NCBI GenBank assembly: GCA_963704705.1
Contig: OY969931.1
Location: forward strand, 690,001-722,000
DNA length: 32,000 nucleotides
Reading direction: 5' to 3'
Source of the DNA: an uncultured bacterium
GTDB lineage: Bacteria > Patescibacteriota > Gracilibacteria > UBA1369 > PNNO01
Below, piece by piece: positions 18,446 to 27,458 of the stretch (position 1 is its first letter; each line of letters opens with the position of its first letter). The notes under the pieces are model-generated. The model saw only the letters and a program-made list of their open reading frames with translations, was not told the DNA's origin and did not search any database. A program made the translations under genes and the position numbers.

Positions 18446-19234
18446 TTATTTTGTTCTGCCGGCCTTCCAAGCCATATCGAATATTGCTTTATGAGTAGTG
18501 GCTATTTCATGACTTTCAAATACTACACCTAATAATTCGTTCTTAGCCAGGGAAACTATAGAAACTTTATCATTATAAATATTTATTTCGTTTTTAAATT
18601 TCATAATATCTTTAGGCATCCATCTGGCTTCAATCAACAAATCCTTTCTTTTACTTAAAGTTGGATATTCTTTATTGAAAAAAGCCCTAACTGTTTTTGT
18701 ATCTTCAACAAGAACCCTTACTGGTATTTTATATTTTTCAATTCTTAGTTTGGCGTAATCATGAATAAATCCCTGTAAATTTTTTGATGAATTCATCCAT
18801 GAATCATAAGCGCCCCATGCGCGAATAGGTTCAGTTGCAGTTAAAGTATCTTCCATAGCTCTTTTTATGCCTTCCTCTCCTTCATAAAATTTAACTTTAG
18901 GTTTGATACTTAAAGGATTTATTAAAGAGTAAAATTCAGGCAATAAATCCTCAAATTCCTTTTTATGGTCATCCATTTCTTTTTCTCTTCTGCTTAGATC
19001 CTGGACTATTGTCTTTGGATCAGCTGCAGTGAAATACTTAACATCAGCTCTAACATGTTGATTAACATAACCTTGTTTAATTAAACTTTCTAAAACAAGA
19101 TATGTGGTTGATCTGTTGATACCGGATTTTTTACCAATTACACTCGCTGGTTGCGATCCGAGTTCAAGAAGTGACAGGTAGACCTGCGCTTCTTTTCTAT
19201 TGAGACCAATTTTGTTAAGAATAGTTGTTAACAT
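18446..19234 (-). CDS. TrmB-family transcriptional regulator
   Basis: N-terminal wHTH: MLTTILNKIGLNRKEAQVYLSLLELGSQPASVIGKKSGINRSTTYLVLESLIKQGYV, followed by a PLD-like ligand domain (KVKFYEGEEGIKRAMEDTL). Confidence 0.82.
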   Translation of the reverse strand: MLTTILNKIGLNRKEAQVYLSLLELGSQPASVIGKKSGINRSTTYLVLESLIKQGYVNQHVRADVKYFTAADPKTIVQDLSRREKEMDDHKKEFEDLLPEFYSLINPLSIKPKVKFYEGEEGIKRAMEDTLTATEPIRAWGAYDSWMNSSKNLQGFIHDYAKLRIEKYKIPVRVLVEDTKTVRAFFNKEYPTLSKRKDLLIEARWMPKDIMKFKNEINIYNDKVSIVSLAKNELLGVVFESHEIATTHKAIFDMAWKAGRTK

Positions 19235-19359
19235 TTTTAAACTTAATGTTGTTTGTAATCACCAACAGGTCAATTATTGCATTTATAGAACAAAAAATCA
19301 AGTGATTACACTATGCTGTTATAAAACATTGATTAGTTATGATCTTTGGTATAGAGTGT

Positions 19360-19461
19360 GTGTGCAGCTAGATAGTTGAGCTCTCAAGCAGACTCACATC
19401 TAGCTACACCAAAAGAGTAGAAGCCCAAAAAAGTAGAAGAAGAGCGCGCTTCTACTTTTTT
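19360..19461 (+). ncRNA. Candidate structured small RNA or attenuated leader upstream of tyrS
   Basis: Inverted repeat AGCTAGAT (19366-19373) / ATCTAGCT (19398-19405) extended by GTGT/ACAC, inner hairpin TTGA-GCTC-TCAA (19376-19387), then an intrinsic terminator; promoter-like TTGATT (19329) and TATAGA (19350) immediately upstream. Confidence 0.55.
19427..19461 (+). terminator. Strong intrinsic terminator upstream of tyrS
   Basis: AAAAA-AGTAGAAG-aagagcgcg-CTTCTACT-TTTTT, perfect 13-bp pairing including the A/T tracts. Confidence 0.85.
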
Positions 19462-19510
19462 GCATATAAAAAAGGTGATAATATGCATAAGGTATAAATA
19501 ATATTTAACT

Positions 19511-20710
19511 ATGATAAATACTGATGATAAGCTAATTAATGCTACTTTAAGCAGGGGAGTTGTTGATGTAATACAAAAAGAAGAATTAGTTAAAAAACTC
19601 AAATCCGGCAAACAATTAAGAATCAAATTAGGAATTGATCCATCAGGAGCTGACTTACATATTGGTCACATGGTTGTTTTAAAGAAACTCAAAGAATTTC
19701 AGGATCTGGGACATCAAATAATATTACTTTTTGGTAATTTTACTGGGCAGATAGGTGATCCAACAGGAAAAATGGAAACAAGAAAAACCAAAACCAAAGA
19801 ACAATTAGAGAAAAATGCAAAAAAGTACATAAAACAAGCAAGTTTCTTTTTAGATGTTGATAAAATTGAAGTCAGATGGAATGCTGACTGGCTTGAAAAA
19901 CTCAATTTTGCTGATGTTGTTCAACTTGCATCAACATTTACTGTTTCTCAAATGATGGAAAGGGATATGTTTCAGGAACGTCATGCAAAAAATATGCCAA
20001 TTTTTGTTCACGAATTCTTTTATCCTTTAATGCAAGGTTATGATTCTGTTGCTTTGGAGGCCGACTTGGAACTTGGCGGGACTGACCAGACTTTTAATAT
20101 GCTTGCCGGACGAACAATCCAAAAAGCTTACGGAAAACCTCAACAAGATATATTAACTGTACCGATTCTTGAAGGAACAGATGGAGTTAAGAAAATGGGA
20201 AAATCCGAAGATAATTACATTGCTGTTGATGATGAACCAAAGGAAATGTTTGGAAAAGTAATGAGTATTCCAGATGAATTGATTGTTAAATACTTTGAAC
20301 TTGCCACAAATGTAACTTTAGACGAAATCAAAATAATAGAAAAAGCAATTAGAGGTGGTGAAAATCCAATGATTTACAAAAAACAGGTTGCAAAAGAAAT
20401 TATTAAAATTTATCACGATGCTGATGCTGCTGAAATGGCAGAAGAGCAATTTACAAAAGTATTTAGCGAAAATAAACTTCCAGATGATATTGAAATAAGG
20501 AAAATTAATGCAGATTCAATTAATATTATTGAAATGATGGCATCTAACGATTTAGCATCATCAAAAAGTGAAGCAAGACGGCTAATAGAACAGGGCGCAG
20601 TAAAAATAAATGAAGAAAAAGTCAGTGATGTTGAAATGCAGATTGATCTTAAAAATGAAACTTTAATTCAGGTTGGAAAACGCAAGTTTTTAAAAGTTGT
20701 TAAAGGCTAG
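19511..20710 (+). CDS. tyrS: Tyrosyl-tRNA synthetase
   Basis: LRIKLGIDPSGADLHIGHMVVLKKLKEFQDLGHQIILLFGNFTGQIGDPTGK; LGGTDQTFNMLAGR; C-terminal S4 domain. Confidence 0.96.
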   Translation: MINTDDKLINATLSRGVVDVIQKEELVKKLKSGKQLRIKLGIDPSGADLHIGHMVVLKKLKEFQDLGHQIILLFGNFTGQIGDPTGKMETRKTKTKEQLEKNAKKYIKQASFFLDVDKIEVRWNADWLEKLNFADVVQLASTFTVSQMMERDMFQERHAKNMPIFVHEFFYPLMQGYDSVALEADLELGGTDQTFNMLAGRTIQKAYGKPQQDILTVPILEGTDGVKKMGKSEDNYIAVDDEPKEMFGKVMSIPDELIVKYFELATNVTLDEIKIIEKAIRGGENPMIYKKQVAKEIIKIYHDADAAEMAEEQFTKVFSENKLPDDIEIRKINADSINIIEMMASNDLASSKSEARRLIEQGAVKINEEKVSDVEMQIDLKNETLIQVGKRKFLKVVKG

Positions 20711-20723
20711 AATAATTGTTTTT

Positions 20724-22763
20724 ATGCTACAAACACCTCTTAAGGATGTCTTAAGAACCACAACCAGGCATTTAAATAAACTTAAAGATTTGGGTTTGAG
20801 AACCGCTGAAGATTTATTTAAGTATTTTCCGCGGACATACAATGATATGAGTGAAACAACCAAAATTGTTGATTTGCGAACCGATGAAGTAAATGTTGTA
20901 AAAGGCACAATCTCAAATTTGTTTATGCAGCGTACTAAGCACGGTAAATATCTAACAAAAGCTATTTTAACCGATGATACAGGAGCAATTGAGGTAGTTT
21001 GGTTTAACCAGCCGCATATAAAAAGAATGATTGCAAACGGCAGCCAAGTTGTTTTAACAGGCAAATTAAAATATGCATTCGGCAAAATGACTCTGCAAAG
21101 CCCTCAAATGGAAATGCAAAAAGAAGAGCTTATTCACAGCGAACGGATCGTGCCTGTTTATCATGAGACTGAAGGTATTTCATCCAAATGGCTTCGTGAA
21201 AAAATAAAACCTTTGGTTGATGACTGGAGCAGCCATTTTAAAGAATATATGCCAATGGATATTATTGCTGAAAACGGTTATTTGACTTATAACAAGGCAA
21301 TTAAAAATATCCACTTTCCGGAAAATGAAGAAATGTTAAATTTGGCCCGTGAACGCCTGGCATTTGATGAGCTTTTTTTGTTGCAACTTAAAGCATTGCA
21401 AAAAAAATGGTATTGGCAGCAGATTGCTTCGGAAGAACAAAAACAAATTCCTCAAAACATAGAATTGATTCGGGAATTTTTAAGCAAACTGCCTTTTGAA
21501 CTTACAAATGCACAGAAAAAAGTTTTATATGAGATTTTGCAGGATCTTGAAAAGCCTTACCCAATGAGCCGCTTGGTTCAGGGAGATGTTGGTTCAGGAA
21601 AAACTATTGTTGCAGCAGCGGCAATATTGAACACCGTAAAAGCAGGCTTTCAATGCGCTTTAATGGCACCAACCGAAATATTGGCAAAACAGCATTACTT
21701 AAGCATTAATAAAGATTTAAAACCTTATGCTTTAAATATTCAATTTGTGTCCGGCAGTACAACGGATAAAAAGAAAAAAGAAATCATTTCGCAAATGAAA
21801 TCAGGTACTGTTGATATAGTTATTGGAACTCATGCATTAATTCAAGAAGGTATCGGATTTAAAAAGCTCGGTTTAGCAATTATTGATGAGCAGCACAGAT
21901 TTGGTGTTAAGCAACGAAGTATTCTTAAAAGTTTCGGAAGCCCGCATTTGTTAAGTCTTTCTGCAACACCTATCCCGCGAACATTGGCTATGACAATTTA
22001 TGGAGATCAGGATTTATCAATCATTGATGAAATGCCGAAAGGAAGGCAAGAAATAATAACCAGACTAATTCCCGAGAAAAAACGTATTGATGCTTACAGA
22101 TGGATTGAAGACCAGGTTCGTAAAGGCCGTCAGGTGTTTGTTATCTGCCCCCTAATCGATGAATCTGACACACTTGGAGTTAAGTCGGTTAAAAATGAGT
22201 ACTTGCATTTAAGCGAACATATCTTCCCTGAATTTAAAATCGGATTATTGCATGGAAAGCTGAAATCAACTGAAAAAGAAGAAATAATGAATGCCTTTGA
22301 TGCCAATGAAATAAATATTTTGGTATCAACTTCTGTTGTTGAAGTTGGAATTGACGTTCCAAACGCTACAATCATGATGATTGAAGGCTCAGAACGCTTC
22401 GGCCTTTCACAATTACACCAGTTTAGGGGGCGTGTGGGTAGAGGAGAGCACCAATCATACTGTTTCTTGTTCACAAATTCGGAATCTCAGGAAACAAGAC
22501 AGCGATTAAATGCAATGGTTCTTCATTCATCTGGATTCAAACTAGCTGAAATCGACATGAATTTGCGCGGAGTGGGGGAGATATACGGTGTGAAACAAAG
22601 CGGAATACCTGACTTAAAAATGGCTAATCTTTCTGACAGCAAAACAATTGAAAAAGCCCGTAATGAAGCAATAAAAATAATTGAAAAAGATCCGATGCTA
22701 AACCAATATCCAAAATTAAACGAAAAAATTTCTGAATTTGAAGATGTGTATGTGAAGGATTAA
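20724..22763 (+). CDS. recG: ATP-dependent DNA helicase RecG (track ORF starts at 20697, likely start at 20724)
   Basis: RLVQGDVGSGKTIVAAAAILNTVKAGFQCALMAPTEILAKQHY; IIDEQHRFGV; SATPIPRTLAMTIYGDQDLSIIDEMPKGR; RGRVGRGEHQSYC. Confidence 0.96.
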   Translation: MLQTPLKDVLRTTTRHLNKLKDLGLRTAEDLFKYFPRTYNDMSETTKIVDLRTDEVNVVKGTISNLFMQRTKHGKYLTKAILTDDTGAIEVVWFNQPHIKRMIANGSQVVLTGKLKYAFGKMTLQSPQMEMQKEELIHSERIVPVYHETEGISSKWLREKIKPLVDDWSSHFKEYMPMDIIAENGYLTYNKAIKNIHFPENEEMLNLARERLAFDELFLLQLKALQKKWYWQQIASEEQKQIPQNIELIREFLSKLPFELTNAQKKVLYEILQDLEKPYPMSRLVQGDVGSGKTIVAAAAILNTVKAGFQCALMAPTEILAKQHYLSINKDLKPYALNIQFVSGSTTDKKKKEIISQMKSGTVDIVIGTHALIQEGIGFKKLGLAIIDEQHRFGVKQRSILKSFGSPHLLSLSATPIPRTLAMTIYGDQDLSIIDEMPKGRQEIITRLIPEKKRIDAYRWIEDQVRKGRQVFVICPLIDESDTLGVKSVKNEYLHLSEHIFPEFKIGLLHGKLKSTEKEEIMNAFDANEINILVSTSVVEVGIDVPNATIMMIEGSERFGLSQLHQFRGRVGRGEHQSYCFLFTNSESQETRQRLNAMVLHSSGFKLAEIDMNLRGVGEIYGVKQSGIPDLKMANLSDSKTIEKARNEAIKIIEKDPMLNQYPKLNEKISEFEDVYVKD

Positions 22764-24085
22764 TGAAATCTCACAGTTAGAACTCCTCCAACATTAAATC
22801 CAAGTTTGTCGGGTTTACTTCTTGCAGATTCTTTTCTTTCTGATACTGATCCATACAAATCCAAATCTATGTTATTACCCAAAGGTACTGAAAAACCTAG
22901 ATTTATATTTCGTTCCTTTGGACCATTTTTGATTTCGGTTTGGCTAACCCCTGCTCTTAACATAGAAACTTTACCTTTTCCAAAAAGATTAGGTAGTTTT
23001 AAAATTGCATTTAAATTATACATTTTAACATTTCTAATAAATAAACCTGGCTCAGCTTCATAATTCGGCGAATATCCATATAAGAATTCAAGAGTTAAGT
23101 GCGGATTATTAAAACCTTTTGGAATAATATTTGAATCAATTTTTATTACTCTCAAGCCTTTATTACTAATACCGGCTCTAACTGAAAATAATTGACCATA
23201 ATCTTTAACTTCATATTTATAATCTGCTCCAGTAAAAGCTTCAATTTCGTACCCTGTACGCTTAATTTGCATTATCCCATCTGCGAGTTTAGTAGAATTT
23301 AAACTTAATAATGTTCCGAGTTTTAGTTTCCCGTTTAGTAATTGAAAAACAGACATTATTTGCGCACTATCTAAATTCATTTCATTGTTAATCATAAATC
23401 CAGGTGCGTTTCGTATACTTTCTTGCAATTTTTCTATACTATTTTCTAAATTCTCAATTTCTTTTGAAAAACTAGCATTTTTCTGAGTTAACTCAATTAT
23501 TTTAAAATTCAGTTTTTTTATCTTTTGGTTAATTACTACTATATTTTTTTGTGCATCTGGATTATCTCTTTTATTAGATAACTTTAGTATTTCTTTTTTT
23601 AATTTAATTTTTTCTTCAACTAATTTTTGTTTTGTTTTCTCTAATTCATCGTCTTTTAATTCATCTAACTTATCATTTAACTTTTTTATTTTCAATTCTA
23701 TACTTGATAAATCTTTAAGTGCTAAAATTATCTTTTGGTTTACAGTGTTAAATTCTCGTTGGTCAATTTTTTGCCTTAAATGGTTTGAACGATTTCTGAA
23801 TTTTTTAATTTTATTAATCATTTCTACTATAGCAAGATTAAATGCTTGTAATTGTTTTCTGGACCCCATTACGTCATGAATTTGATTAACAGCTGTAAGT
23901 TGAGCTTCTTTCATTGGAGATGGATTACCTCTCATTGCAAGCATGTCTACGTTTCTTTTTTTAAATTTATGAACTGCAGTAGCAGAAACTTTTGTTTCTT
24001 TTTTAGCAGGTTTATCTTTAATGCTTTCAGGAGATACAGGCATTTTAAAAACCAAAAATCTTTCAGTAAAAAATGAATCATGCAT
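22760..24085 (-). CDS. Uncharacterised protein: long coiled coil followed by beta-strand-rich C-terminal domain
   Basis: Heptad-like K/E/L/I segment (about aa 85-240), then alternating beta pattern ending INLGFSVPLGNNIDLDLYGSVSERKESARSKPDKLGFNVGGVLTVRFH. A start at MPVSPESIKDK (24043) is possible. Confidence 0.7.
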   Translation of the reverse strand: MHDSFFTERFLVFKMPVSPESIKDKPAKKETKVSATAVHKFKKRNVDMLAMRGNPSPMKEAQLTAVNQIHDVMGSRKQLQAFNLAIVEMINKIKKFRNRSNHLRQKIDQREFNTVNQKIILALKDLSSIELKIKKLNDKLDELKDDELEKTKQKLVEEKIKLKKEILKLSNKRDNPDAQKNIVVINQKIKKLNFKIIELTQKNASFSKEIENLENSIEKLQESIRNAPGFMINNEMNLDSAQIMSVFQLLNGKLKLGTLLSLNSTKLADGIMQIKRTGYEIEAFTGADYKYEVKDYGQLFSVRAGISNKGLRVIKIDSNIIPKGFNNPHLTLEFLYGYSPNYEAEPGLFIRNVKMYNLNAILKLPNLFGKGKVSMLRAGVSQTEIKNGPKERNINLGFSVPLGNNIDLDLYGSVSERKESARSKPDKLGFNVGGVLTVRFH

Positions 24086-24443
24086 TATCCAGCTTTTTTA
24101 ATAAATTTTCAATTTTTTTTGAATTATTTTCTTTTTCAGCTTTCTTTTTTCTTTTTAATTTTTCAGATTCTTCTTCTCCTTCTATTTTTTTATTATATAT
24201 GTTAAAAACTTGCGCAAGTAAACCAGTTATTAAATCTTGTTCAATCAAGTGATTCCTCTTTTCAATTTCTGCATTTGTAAAAATATATGCTAATTCAGTC
24301 ATTTCTTTTTTATTCATATACATCATCTCGCTCAAAATTTCATTTTTTTGAGTTTTTGTTAAATAATTCGCATTAATTACAATTTTCAATAATTGTTCAA
24401 CTGTGATTTGCATAAATATAATTATATTTAATTTATAGCACAA
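24078..24443 (-). CDS. Hypothetical small charged protein (probable start M11, about 24413)
   Basis: Open frame on the same strand, overlapping the next ORF by 8 bp; C-terminal Lys/Glu-rich helix EEESEKLKRKKKAEKENNSKKIENLLKKL. Confidence 0.6.
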   Translation of the reverse strand: MCYKLNIIIFMQITVEQLLKIVINANYLTKTQKNEILSEMMYMNKKEMTELAYIFTNAEIEKRNHLIEQDLITGLLAQVFNIYNKKIEGEEESEKLKRKKKAEKENNSKKIENLLKKLDNA

Positions 24444-24531
24444 ATATGCCTAGAAATCAATCACGTCCAGGTGTAAATTTGACTTATATAGCTATTCGAA
24501 TATATTTATATCTGGTAATTAACTTCAACTT

Positions 24532-25858
24532 ATGAATAATTCAGCTACTAAATTTTTTGCTGTTTATGATGATATCGAACCAAATGCAATTCAAATAGCT
24601 CAAAATGCTTTTATGCAGGATTCAAAATCGGCAGGTGCAGAAGTTGATCCATCTCAACGAAAACATAGTGCAGCTCAGGGATTTTTATTAAATGATGTTG
24701 CTTCAAATAATAGTGATTTAGATGGAAATCCTATTAATAACAATTTAGGATCAATCTTCGAAATGAAATCAGTAAGAAAAGCAATAAAACTTTATGATGA
24801 AGATATCACAACTGATCCTGATAAAAGAAGATACTTGGGACCTGGAGATCCACAACTTACAACTGTTGAAGCGGCTACTAAAGAAATTATTTTTGGAGAA
24901 GTGGATCCTCGAATAGTTACTGTACCTGTAGCAGGAATGGCTGTTGGATTTAAGGAAGCTGCTGAGCTAATTCAAAGAGAACATCCAGAAATTGATACAG
25001 TTATTAAAGGTTCAAATGGATATGGTGGTTACAATGGGCGTTTTAAGTAAATTATTCAAAAACTTGCTTTCGTACAGACATTCAACTGATGACAATAAAT
25101 TTGATTTTGATTCTTTTGAGAAAGCATTAAGAGATTTAGAAAATCCAGAGAAAGTTATGCTACTTATGCAGGCTGATGCTTATAATTATATAGGAGTTAA
25201 TCCAACTTCTGAGCAAAAGAAAAAAATAGTAGAACTACTTGAAGAACTTGGTATTTTTGTATTAGTTGATAGTGCTTACCAAGGCTTAGTTAAAAGCGTA
25301 GATGACGATGTAGAATTGGCTAGATTACTTGCTAAAACAAAGGTGCCATTTATGGTTTATGATTCTTATTCTAAAAAAGCACAGCTATATGGAATGCGAA
25401 TTGGCTTTTTACATTTTGCAACAGGTGATGAATCACAAGCTGCAATATTGCGCAAAAATCTTTTTGCACAACTAAGAAATAACCTGTTAACAGGTTCAAT
25501 TAATTTTAGAATTATTTATCAATTATTAAACGATTCTGAGTTAAAGAAAATTTGGTTAGAAGAAGATGTTCCAGCAGCAAGAAACATTTTAGTTAATACA
25601 AAAACTGAAATGTCAGAATTATTAGGTACTGGATTCGAATTTGTACATCCTAATGTTACTCAGGGAATGTTCAATGGTGTGCCAATAACTCACGAAGGTG
25701 GTAAATGGATGCAGGAAAAAGGACTTTATGTTGTTAATGCAAAAAATGAAGATACAGGTAAAGAAGCCCTAAGAGTAAATATGGGAAGTCTGGCAAAAGA
25801 TTCCCGCGAATATATTGCAGGAATAATTAAAGAGGCTCACGAAAAATATCCTGCTTAA
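24532..25858 (+). pseudogene. Class I (aspartate/aromatic-type) aminotransferase-like gene split into two ORFs (24532..25050 and 24992..25858) by an apparent +1 frameshift
   Basis: ORF1 has SVRKAI...RRYLGPGDPQLTTVEAATKEIIFG...; ORF2 has FDFDSFEKAL...VDSAYQGLV...DSYSKKAQLYGMRIGFLHFA...LLNDSELKKIWLEEDVPAARNILVNTKTEMSELL. The two are collinear with AAT-family proteins. Skipping one nt near TAC AAT GGG CGT TTT AAG TAA joins the frames. Confidence 0.75.
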
Positions 25859-26142
25859 ATTTCTTCGCGGATTTTTTTAATCATTGGATGATTTGATCCT
25901 TTAACGGTATCTAGCAAATGCTCTAAGCCATCTTCAATGGCATGTCTTATAAAAGTTTGAGTAAATCCTATTGCAAAACCATCAGGTGAATCTGAATAAA
26001 TAAGTGAAGCTATTGCTAATTCTAACATTTCTCGTCTTCTATTTATTGTTTCAGGGTGATATGTGCCAAAAACTTTATCTGAGAATTCAACTTCTCGGCT
26101 TTGATCCATAGCCATTTTACTAAGTGATTGTCTGTTATTCAT
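25855..26142 (-). CDS. Hypothetical 95-aa protein
   Basis: Open frame with credible composition (MNNRQSLSKMAMDQSREVEFSDKVFGTYHPETINRRREMLELAIASLIYSDSPDGFAIGFTQ...); convergent with the aminotransferase ORF. Confidence 0.6.
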   Translation of the reverse strand: MNNRQSLSKMAMDQSREVEFSDKVFGTYHPETINRRREMLELAIASLIYSDSPDGFAIGFTQTFIRHAIEDGLEHLLDTVKGSNHPMIKKIREEI

Positions 26143-26180
26143 AATAAATAATTAAGGTAAATTAATTTATCGTATTGAAC

Positions 26181-27458
26181 TTAATTCGTCAAATTCAAAA
26201 TTTGCATGATGTTTTTGGCTTTATCAAAAGTTTCCTGATATTCGCTTTCTGGATCAGAATCATAAACTATCGCGCCACCAACATTAAAAGTCAGCTTATT
26301 TTTAAGAGCAATAATGGTTCGGATTACAATTGATGAATCCATTCGCATATCATTGGCAATAAATATCGATCCAGTATAAAGATTACGCGTGTAATCTTCA
26401 ATTTCATCAATAATTTCCATGCTTCTTATTTTTGGACAACCTGTGATTGAACCACCGGGAAAACAAGCACGCATAAGTGTGCCATAATTTTCTTTTGGCC
26501 TGAGTCTGCCTTCGATAATTGAGAGCATTTGCCAAACATTATTATATCCTTCTATTCTTTTATGTTCTTTTACTTTAACTGAGCCGTATTTGCAAACTTT
26601 GCCAAAGTCATTCCGCATTAAATCAACAATCATGCTTAGTTCAGCTTCGTCTTTTTTAGAGTTTTTGAGTATAATTTTTGATTTGGATCTTGGAAGGGTG
26701 CCTTTGATTGGCCTTGTTTCGAGCTTATCTTTATCCGCCAATATAAAACGTTCTGGAGAATTGCTAATTATTGTATGATCTCCAAATGGCAAATATGCTG
26801 AGAAAGGTGCAGAATTCAGTTTATAAAGTTTGTTGAATATAGCGAAAGTATCGCCTTTATATTTTATGTCGCATTTATGAGAGAGATTAACTTCATAAAC
26901 ATCTCCTTCAACAATATAATCTTTAATTTTTTCAACTTTTTTTATGTATTTAGATTTGGAATCGCACTTTAACGTACCTTCAACATTAAAATTATCAGCT
27001 TTGTAATGCGGAATTTTGAAATCTTTAAATCCTTTACCTAAATCAACCTGAATTAAATAAGTTTTATTTTTATGATGATCAAAAACAATCATATTTTGAT
27101 AAAAAACCATCTGCATAACAGGCATTTTTAAGTCATCTGGATTTGATTTTGGAAGCTTTTCAATAAAGTGTCCTGCATCATAACTAAAATAACCGATTCC
27201 TGCCCATAAATTTTTTGGATACCTTAATTTTTTTACAGAAAAATGCGTGATTAATCTTTGAAATTCATTGAATGGATCTCCTGATGGTTTATTTATATAA
27301 AACGGATCAATTCCAATAAATGAATAATGCGAATTATCTTTTTTGCCTTTGCCGGTTAATAAAGCAGTATAGGGCTGTTTTGAAAAATGCTTATAAAGTT
27401 CTATTGGTGATTTGTTCACCTTTAATTCTTTAGATATTATTTGTTTTATTTTATGCAT
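26181..27458 (-). CDS. pabB: Aminodeoxychorismate synthase component I (PabB-type chorismate-binding enzyme)
   Basis: LETRPIKGTLPR (PIKGT, PabB-like, rather than PIAGT typical of TrpE), FPGGSITGCPKIRSMEIIDEIEDYTRNLYTGSIFIANDMRMDSSIVIRTI. Confidence 0.85.
   Translation of the reverse strand: MHKIKQIISKELKVNKSPIELYKHFSKQPYTALLTGKGKKDNSHYSFIGIDPFYINKPSGDPFNEFQRLITHFSVKKLRYPKNLWAGIGYFSYDAGHFIEKLPKSNPDDLKMPVMQMVFYQNMIVFDHHKNKTYLIQVDLGKGFKDFKIPHYKADNFNVEGTLKCDSKSKYIKKVEKIKDYIVEGDVYEVNLSHKCDIKYKGDTFAIFNKLYKLNSAPFSAYLPFGDHTIISNSPERFILADKDKLETRPIKGTLPRSKSKIILKNSKKDEAELSMIVDLMRNDFGKVCKYGSVKVKEHKRIEGYNNVWQMLSIIEGRLRPKENYGTLMRACFPGGSITGCPKIRSMEIIDEIEDYTRNLYTGSIFIANDMRMDSSIVIRTIIALKNKLTFNVGGAIVYDSDPESEYQETFDKAKNIMQILNLTN

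Noticed and set aside
19360-19461. T-box riboswitch or SRP RNA identity for the tyrS upstream RNA
   Set aside because: No T-box AGGGUGGNACCGCG-type sequence and no SRP RNA GGAA/AGCAGCC-type apical motif seen, so I left it unclassified.
20690-21085. 131-aa minus-strand ORF overlapping the tyrS/recG junction
   Set aside because: Antisense to the recG N-terminus; composition and position fit chance.
22130-22474. 114-aa minus-strand ORF in recG
   Set aside because: Antisense to conserved RecG helicase motifs; no independent support.
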